Shown here: positions 1-4,288 of the stretch, one piece after another | How positions within the stretch are numbered: the first letter of the stretch is position 1 | Layout of the letters: every line of letters starts with the position of its first letter | Program-made: the position numbers and the translations under genes | The notes under the pieces: model-generated | Told to the model about the DNA's origin: nothing | Seen by the model: only the letters and a program-made list of their open reading frames with translations | Databases searched by the model: none | IMG/VR virus record: IMGVR_UViG_2671180547_000009 | From: a virus | Taxonomy: Duplodnaviria; Heunggongvirae; Uroviricota; Caudoviricetes | Reading direction: 5' to 3' (one strand) | DNA: 4,288 bases

Positions 1-157
1 GCTTTGAACTCTTTAGAGTAACGTTGGGTTTTTCTGCTCATTATTAGCTCCTTCTGATGCCATTCTATTTCAGGAAGGAGTGTCCGTTAAACTCAGGCTA
101 CCTCAGGTTATTCGCTTCTGGGCATGGGCGGATCAACAAATGATAGACGGTAATGCA

Positions 158-178
158 GATTGTAACGCTCGCGGCGTT
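158..178. repeat. Palindrome TGTAACGC-N5-GCGTTACA (iteron-like)
   Basis: Left arm 158-165 is the exact reverse complement of right arm 171-178; it shares the GTAACGC core with the palindrome at 371-389. Confidence 0.5.
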
Positions 179-370
179 ACAAAAAGTGCAATAGATCGCA
201 TCACTTTTATGTCTGGTTTTGCTGATGCGTTAATTCAGGTTGGATGGCTGGTCGAAAATGACGGAGGGCTTTCTCTACCTAACTTTGAACGTCATAACGG
301 AAAAAGCTCTAAAAAAAACGGGCGGTTACAAACGAGCGAGTAACAAAAATACGCGAACTGAAACGAAAAG

Positions 371-389
371 GTAACGCTGCCAGCGTTAC
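371..389. repeat. Perfect 19-bp palindrome GTAACGCTG-c-CAGCGTTAC (iteron-like)
   Basis: 9-bp arms are exact reverse complements around a single central C. Further GTAACG/CGTTAC copies lie at 18-23 and 407-412, in an A-rich stretch (about 343-410). Confidence 0.5.
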
Positions 390-788
390 ACAAACGGATC
401 AAAAAGCGTTACCAGAGGAAGAGGAAGAGGAAGATCTAAATACTGATCTCCCCCTCGCCAAAAACGAGCGTCTAAAAAATTCGAGCCGGAGGCTATTGAG
501 CTGCCCGATTGGTTGCCGGAAACACTCTGGCATGAGTGGGTCCGGTTCAGACAGGCATTGCGAAAACCGATTCGAACGGAGCAGGGCGCTAACGGGGCGA
601 TACGGGAACTGGAAAAATTCCGTCAGCAGGGTTTTACACCTGAGCAGGTGATTCGACACAGCATCGCCAATGAATACCAGGGCCTGTTCGCGCCGAAAGG
701 TGTTCGGCCTGAGACGTTGCTCCGACAGGTTAACACCGTCTCGTTGCCGGACAGTGCGATCCCGCCAGGCTTCAGGGGGTAACGGACC

Positions 789-1229
789 ATGAAAAATATT
801 GCGACAGGCGGCGTTCTGGAACGCATCCGCCGACTGACCCCGCCACATGTAACCGCCCCATTCAGAACGGTAGCGGAGTGGCGCGAGTGGCAACTTGCTG
901 AAGGCCAGAAACGTAGCGAGGAGATCAACCGCCTGAATCGCCAGTTGCGGGTGGAAAAAATTCTGAATCGCTCAGGCATCCAGCCGTTGCACCGTAAATG
1001 CTCGTTTGCGAATTACCAGGTGCAGAACGACGGCCAGCGATACGCGTTAAGCCAGGCGAAATCCATCGCCGATGAACTGATGACCGGGTGTACAAATTTT
1101 GCGTTCAGCGGAAAACCTGGTACCGGGAAGAATCACTTAGCGGCAGCTATCGGGAATCGCCTGCTGAAAGACGGTCAGACAGTGATTGTGGTTACCGTGG
1201 CTGATGTTATGAGCGCCCTGCACGCCAGC
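789..1229 (+). CDS. DnaC/lambda-P-like AAA+ helicase loader, 3' part lost in N-run (partial)
   Basis: ATG 789 lies 6 nt after the preceding stop (coupled). Walker A GKPGTGKNHLAAAIG and an N-terminal region resembling DnaC-type loaders. Only 147 codons are defined before the N-run, so Walker B and sensor motifs are not visible. Confidence 0.8.
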
Positions 1230-1270
1230 NNNNNNNNNNNNNNNNNNNNNNNNNNNNNNNNNNNNNNNNN
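1230..1270. other. Run of 41 N (assembly gap or masked sequence)
   Basis: Literal n characters; the true length of the missing sequence is unknown. Confidence 0.95.
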
Positions 1271-1286
1271 AGTTTCAGGAGGATTT

Positions 1287-1709
1287 ATGGCGAAACCTTT
1301 TACTCCCGAACAGCGGGAAGAACTGAAGACGCGAATTGTGGAACTCGTGCATCAGGACGGTCGGGTCACGATTCGGCAGTTGTCAGATGAAACAGGTATC
1401 AGTCGTGCGTCTGTCGGTCGCTTATGCATAGAACTGGTCGCAAGTGGTGATGTATATAATTCTGGCTACGGCTTATTCCCGTCTGAACAGGCTCGCAAGG
1501 ACTGGCAAAGCGCCCGCAAAAAACTCTCGAGAGTAAAGGTGAGGAAACCGGTTGTTGTTGATCCGGACCTTATCTGGTCATTACCTGACGGAGAAATACG
1601 CCGCTACGACAGGCGCCTGAATATAATCTGTCGCGAGTGCCGGAAGAGCGAAGCTATGCAGCGTGTACTGGCTTTCTATCAGGGTAATTTTCAGGAGGCG
1701 ATACTGTGA
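1287..1709 (+). CDS. Helix-turn-helix protein, possibly Ren-like (140 aa)
   Basis: ATG 1287 preceded by AGGAGG (1277-1282, 4-nt spacer). HTH-like segment TIRQLSDETGISRASVGRL near the N-terminus. Its position right after the helicase-loader gene and the C-terminal CRECRKSEAMQRVLAFY match my recollection of lambda Ren (unverified). In-frame continuity with the DnaC-like ORF in the supplied track is an artefact of the N-run. Confidence 0.55.
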   Translation: MAKPFTPEQREELKTRIVELVHQDGRVTIRQLSDETGISRASVGRLCIELVASGDVYNSGYGLFPSEQARKDWQSARKKLSRVKVRKPVVVDPDLIWSLPDGEIRRYDRRLNIICRECRKSEAMQRVLAFYQGNFQEAIL

Positions 1710-2123
1710 ATGAAATTAGCTATCAGGCTTCAATTACCGCTGGCATTCGCATCAAAGGAGAGGAGCATGGAAATAAAACCAGAAGATGAGTTAAGCAATA
1801 TCGTTTTATTTCCGGTAAAAGAGGATGACCCTCGTAATCAGGTTAATTTTCTTTATGAGCCATCGGAAAGACCATATTGCCATCACGCCTCTGTACGGGT
1901 TGACGAAAAAGAGCGTCAGGTCCGCTGTAAAATCTGCGGTGCGGTTGTGGAGCCGTTTGACTGGATGCTCTCTGTGGCAAAAAGAGAAACCAGACTGGCA
2001 GATGATGTAAGGCTATTGCGCCAGGAGGAACAGGAAAGGCGGAGAAATATAGAAAAGCTGATACAGATTGAGCGTAACGCGAAAGCGCGGATACGCAGGG
2101 CGACAAAATCCAGAACTGAATAA
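1710..2123 (+). CDS. Hypothetical small protein with Cys/His cluster (PYCHH...CKIC) and basic coiled-coil C-terminus
   Basis: ATG 1710 directly abuts the upstream TGA (TGAATG), suggesting coupling. An alternative start is ATG 1767, preceded by AAAGGAGAGGAG. C-terminal ...RLLRQEEQERRRNIEKLIQIERNAKARIRRATK is charged and helical. No family recognised. Confidence 0.55.
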   Translation: MKLAIRLQLPLAFASKERSMEIKPEDELSNIVLFPVKEDDPRNQVNFLYEPSERPYCHHASVRVDEKERQVRCKICGAVVEPFDWMLSVAKRETRLADDVRLLRQEEQERRRNIEKLIQIERNAKARIRRATKSRTE

Positions 2124-2270
2124 TTAAATTTAGCACTGTTAAAAATTTAATCCTTAACCGGAGGGATTTCTGCACCCTCAAATCATCAGGAGACCACCCG
2201 AAAGGGCGGGGAGCAGTCACACATCTGTTTCCGATAGCCCCGTTCTAATGCTACACTCTTTGATATTTTT

Positions 2271-2957
2271 ATGACCCCAATAAACATATTTATGACAGTT
2301 GCTGATTTCAAACGGCCCAAATTGGAGCTCCCAAACGGGGCAAACAAACTACTACTGCACTCTTGCTGTGCTCCATGTTCCGGTGAGGTGATGGAGGCGC
2401 TTCAGGCCTCGGGAATCGACTACACCATCTTTTTCTACAACCCGAACATTCATCCTCAGAAAGAGTATTTAATTCGTAAGGATGAGAATATTCGCTTTGC
2501 TGAACAACACGGCGTGCCGTTTATTGATGCTGATTACGACACAGACAACTGGTTTGAACGAGCCAAAGGAATGGAATGGGAGCCCGAACGAGGGATCCGT
2601 TGCACCATGTGTTTTGACATGCGTTTTGAGCGGACAGCGCTGTACGCCGCTGAAAATGGTTTCAGTGTGATCAGCAGTTCACTGGGCATTTCACGCTGGA
2701 AAAATATGCAGCAGGTTAACGACTGTGGGCGGCGAGCCGTCGCGCATTATCCGGGCATGGTGTACTGGGATTATAACTGGCGCAAGCAGGGCGGCTCGTC
2801 CCGTATGATTGAAATCAGCAAGCGCGAAAAATTCTATCAGCAGGAATATTGTGGCTGTGTGTATTCTCTGCGCGATACCAATCTACACCGCAAATCTCAG
2901 GGACGCCCTCTTATCAAAATTGGTCAACTCCACTACGGTAAAGAAGAGAAGGAGTGA
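2271..2957 (+). CDS. queH: QueH-like (DUF208) epoxyqueuosine reductase
   Basis: 228-aa ORF with HSCCAPCS near the N-terminus plus further conserved-looking Cys pairs (CTMC, CGC), matching the Cys-rich metal-binding signature I recall for DUF208/QueH. Alternative start ATG 2292 (MTVADF...). Neither start has an obvious Shine-Dalgarno sequence. Confidence 0.7.
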   Translation: MTPINIFMTVADFKRPKLELPNGANKLLLHSCCAPCSGEVMEALQASGIDYTIFFYNPNIHPQKEYLIRKDENIRFAEQHGVPFIDADYDTDNWFERAKGMEWEPERGIRCTMCFDMRFERTALYAAENGFSVISSSLGISRWKNMQQVNDCGRRAVAHYPGMVYWDYNWRKQGGSSRMIEISKREKFYQQEYCGCVYSLRDTNLHRKSQGRPLIKIGQLHYGKEEKE

Positions 2958-2978
2958 TTTTATGGGGCACCTTTCTGA

Positions 2979-3008
2979 TTGATTTCATATTGGCGAGGTA
3001 AGTAGAAT
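2979..3008 (+). promoter_or_regulatory. Sigma70-like promoter candidate TTGATT-N18-TAGAAT
   Basis: -35 TTGATT at 2979-2984 and -10 TAGAAT at 3003-3008; it uses the same two hexamers as the promoter candidate at 3414-3441. It would drive transcription into the N-run. Confidence 0.3.
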
Positions 3009-3026
3009 GACTGCGGGTGCTTGAGG

Positions 3027-3063
3027 CTATCTGCTTCAGGCATGAACACCAAAAGGCAGATAG
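3027..3063. repeat. 8-bp perfect inverted repeat CTATCTGC-N21-GCAGATAG
   Basis: 3027-3034 is the reverse complement of 3056-3063. It lies just downstream of the promoter candidate, so it could be an RNA hairpin in a 5' leader or a protein-binding site. Confidence 0.4.
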
Positions 3064-3116
3064 AGAAAAGCCCCAGTTAACATTACGCGTCCGGCAAGAC
3101 GCTTAACATTAATCTG

Positions 3117-3326
3117 NNNNNNNNNNNNNNNNNNNNNNNNNNNNNNNNNNNNNNNNNNNNNNNNNNNNNNNNNNNNNNNNNNNNNNNNNNNNNNNNNNNN
3201 NNNNNNNNNNNNNNNNNNNNNNNNNNNNNNNNNNNNNNNNNNNNNNNNNNNNNNNNNNNNNNNNNNNNNNNNNNNNNNNNNNNNNNNNNNNNNNNNNNNN
3301 NNNNNNNNNNNNNNNNNNNNNNNNNN
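3117..3326. other. Run of 210 N (assembly gap or masked sequence)
   Basis: Literal n characters; the content cannot be assessed. Confidence 0.95.
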
Positions 3327-3342
3327 CATCCTCAACGCACCC

Positions 3343-3392
3343 GCACTTAACCCGCCCATCGCTGTGATCTCTCAGCGTTTCGGCGGGTTTTT
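3343..3392 (+). terminator. Rho-independent terminator
   Basis: CCCGCC (3343-3348) pairs with GGCGGG (3374-3379), with an inner stem CGCTG (3352-3356) / CAGCG (3365-3369), followed immediately by TTTTTTGTTGTTT. The minus-strand version lacks a downstream T-run, so it is unidirectional. Confidence 0.6.
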
Positions 3393-3413
3393 TGTTGTTT
3401 ATTTCCGGTGAAT

Positions 3414-3441
3414 TTGATTCGCGCACCTTCGCAGATAGAAT
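3414..3441 (+). promoter_or_regulatory. Sigma70-like promoter candidate TTGATT-N16-TAGAAT
   Basis: -35 TTGATT at 3414-3419 and -10 TAGAAT at 3436-3441, about 80 nt upstream of ATG 3523 and just after the terminator. Confidence 0.4.
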
Positions 3442-3522
3442 CGACTCACTTAAGTAGCGCGCAGGGAGAAGAGGGATGGACCCCGAACAGGGGAGAGCTA
3501 TTTATCTGGAAGGATTCTGAAG

Positions 3523-3810
3523 ATGAAAATCGAAGAATTGCGTGAAATTTTTAGTGAAAATGGCCTCTATGCTGTGCGCGTTGAGAATGGAGCGATTGTC
3601 AGCCATTGCCGCATTAGATGTTTGCAATCTCAACAAAGGAAGAGCGGTGCTGTGTTATTTTATTTTTGTAATGGACTTCTGACGGACGGTTTTATTTTGC
3701 GTGAGGACGAATTTGTCACATCATTACGGGTTTTGAAAGAGATTGGTTTTAAGGCTGGTTTTCTGCTTTTGCTGAAGAATAAACTCATCTACAATCTTGA
3801 GCAGGATTGA
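3523..3810 (+). CDS. Hypothetical protein, 95 aa, AT-rich orphan gene
   Basis: ATG 3523 with GGAAGGA 8 nt upstream; own promoter candidate and upstream terminator; by eye, markedly lower G+C than the replication genes. No family recognised. Confidence 0.55.
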   Translation: MKIEELREIFSENGLYAVRVENGAIVSHCRIRCLQSQQRKSGAVLFYFCNGLLTDGFILREDEFVTSLRVLKEIGFKAGFLLLLKNKLIYNLEQD

Positions 3811-3848
3811 ACTCCTGCTGTGTAACACCGTGCCACCGGAGAAAGCCG

Positions 3849-4202
3849 ATGGCACATATACAACTGGTCAAACAAACCTCTTCCGGATTACTTCTCCCGG
3901 CGACGCCGGAGAGTTGCGATTTTCTGCATCAAATCAAAATAGGTGAGTGGATACACGCAGACTTTAAGCGTGTGTGTAACTACGCATTCCACAAGCGTTT
4001 TTTCAAACTCCTGCAACTGGGTTTCGATTACTGGACTCCGGTCGGTGGGGCGATCACGCCTCGCGAACGAAAACTGGTGTCCGGTTTCGTTGATTACCTG
4101 TGTGAATCAGTAGGCCGGGAACATACGCCAGCTCTGAGCGAAGCCGCAGAGCAATTGAGGTGTACTGGCAATAGCGGACACTACCATTTGTTCTTTTTTT
4201 AA
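3849..4202 (+). CDS. Hypothetical prophage protein, 3' end probably altered by IS insertion
   Basis: The track ORF starts at TTG 3807, overlapping the previous stop; a more likely start is ATG 3849, preceded by GGAG (3838-3841). The stop TAA 4200-4202 overlaps the stop of the minus-strand transposase tail. No family confidently recognised. Confidence 0.5.
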   Translation: MAHIQLVKQTSSGLLLPATPESCDFLHQIKIGEWIHADFKRVCNYAFHKRFFKLLQLGFDYWTPVGGAITPRERKLVSGFVDYLCESVGREHTPALSEAAEQLRCTGNSGHYHLFFF

Positions 4203-4288
4203 GCAGCCATCTGATGATATTTTTCCCTGAAGGCTGCCGGGGAGATATTCCCCAGACGAGAGTGACGACGCTGACGATTGTAGAAAAT
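4199..4288 (-). CDS. IS3-family-type DDE transposase, C-terminal 29 codons (partial, continues beyond window)
   Basis: The reverse complement of 4202-4288 translates to IFYNRQRRHSRLGNISPAAFREKYHQMAA, then stop at 4199-4201. The YN..R.HS.LG..SP..F pattern is the characteristic C-terminal motif of rve-type (IS3-like) transposases. Confidence 0.6.
   Translation of the reverse strand: MFYNRQRRHSRLGNISPAAFREKYHQMAA

Larger units (their letters stand above)
80..782 (+). pseudogene. Phage replisome organiser (lambda O-like), reading frame broken twice at homopolymer A-runs; may instead be an intact gene with sequencing errors
   Basis: ORF 80-343 (frame 2, GTG start directly after AGGAAGGAG) ends at TAA 341-343 with ...DGGLSLPNFERHNGK, which resembles the N-terminal domain of phage replisome-organiser proteins. 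Frame 1 is open from 313 and reads KKRAVTNERVTKIRELKRKG...PEEEEEEDLNTDLPLAKNERLKN. Frame 3 is open from 447 and reads ...KKFEPEAIELPDWLPETLWHEW... to TAA 780-782, 6 nt before the DnaC-like ATG. The frame changes coincide with A8 (311-318) and A6 (474-479). Confidence 0.5.

Noticed and set aside
399-893. Minus-strand ORF of 164 aa
   Set aside because: It is antisense to the organiser and DnaC-like coding sequence, with a low-complexity Arg/Ser-rich product and no RBS. This is a typical shadow ORF opposite a real gene.
623-979. Minus-strand ORF of 118 aa
   Set aside because: Antisense to the organiser C-terminus and DnaC-like N-terminus, which show clear motifs; shadow ORF.
1825-2010. Plus-strand 61-aa ORF in an alternative frame
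   Set aside because: Entirely nested in another frame of the 1710-2123 gene, with no RBS.
1843-2220. Minus-strand ORF of 125 aa
   Set aside because: Antisense to the 1710-2123 gene; hydrophobic, low-complexity translation with no start context.
2482-2670. Plus-strand 62-aa ORF in an alternative frame
   Set aside because: Nested inside the QueH-like ORF in a different frame; the QueH frame has the conserved motifs.
2962-2982. Six-codon mini-ORF (MGHLSD) with AAGGAG 7 nt upstream, directly after the queH stop
   Set aside because: Too short to call; the RBS-like sequence is probably just the purine-rich 3' end of queH (encoding KEEKE).
3015-3116. Possible preQ1-type riboswitch, considered because of the neighbouring queH
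   Set aside because: The segment lies downstream of queH rather than upstream of a que transporter or biosynthesis gene, and I could not find the compact hairpin plus A-rich tail expected for a preQ1 aptamer. A covariance-model scan would be decisive.
3036-3359. Minus-strand ORF spanning the N-run
   Set aside because: Most of the translation is X from undefined bases and its start lies inside the plus-strand terminator hairpin; not supportable.
3109-3426. Minus-strand ORF spanning the N-run
   Set aside because: Same as above: mostly undefined bases, and the defined part overlaps the terminator and promoter region.
1-4288. CRISPR array, tRNA or rRNA genes
   Set aside because: No regularly spaced direct repeats, no cloverleaf-like segments with conserved tRNA landmarks, and no rRNA-like sequence were seen anywhere in the defined sequence.

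Overview
The window reads as the early-right (replication / nin-like) region of a lambdoid prophage in an enterobacterial draft assembly, with two runs of N (1230-1270 and 3117-3326). Plus-strand gene order: a replisome-organiser (O-like) gene whose reading frame is broken twice at A-runs (80-782); a DnaC/P-like AAA+ helicase loader (789-1229, cut by the first N-run); an HTH protein that may be Ren-like (1287-1709); a small Cys/His plus coiled-coil protein (1710-2123); a QueH-like (DUF208) epoxyqueuosine reductase (2271-2957); a promoter-like element and 8-bp inverted repeat; the 210-nt N-run; an intrinsic terminator (3343-3392); a second promoter; an AT-rich orphan 95-aa ORF (3523-3810); and an ORF (3849-4202) whose stop overlaps the C-terminal tail of an IS3-family-type transposase on the minus strand (4199-4288, running off the window). 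No rRNA, tRNA or CRISPR array was seen. The most interesting candidates are the prophage-borne QueH, iteron-like GTAACGC palindromes in the organiser gene (possible ori), a promoter-to-terminator unit hidden by the gap, and the AT-rich orphan gene. All protein-family calls are made by eye from motifs and recalled sequences; no database search was run.
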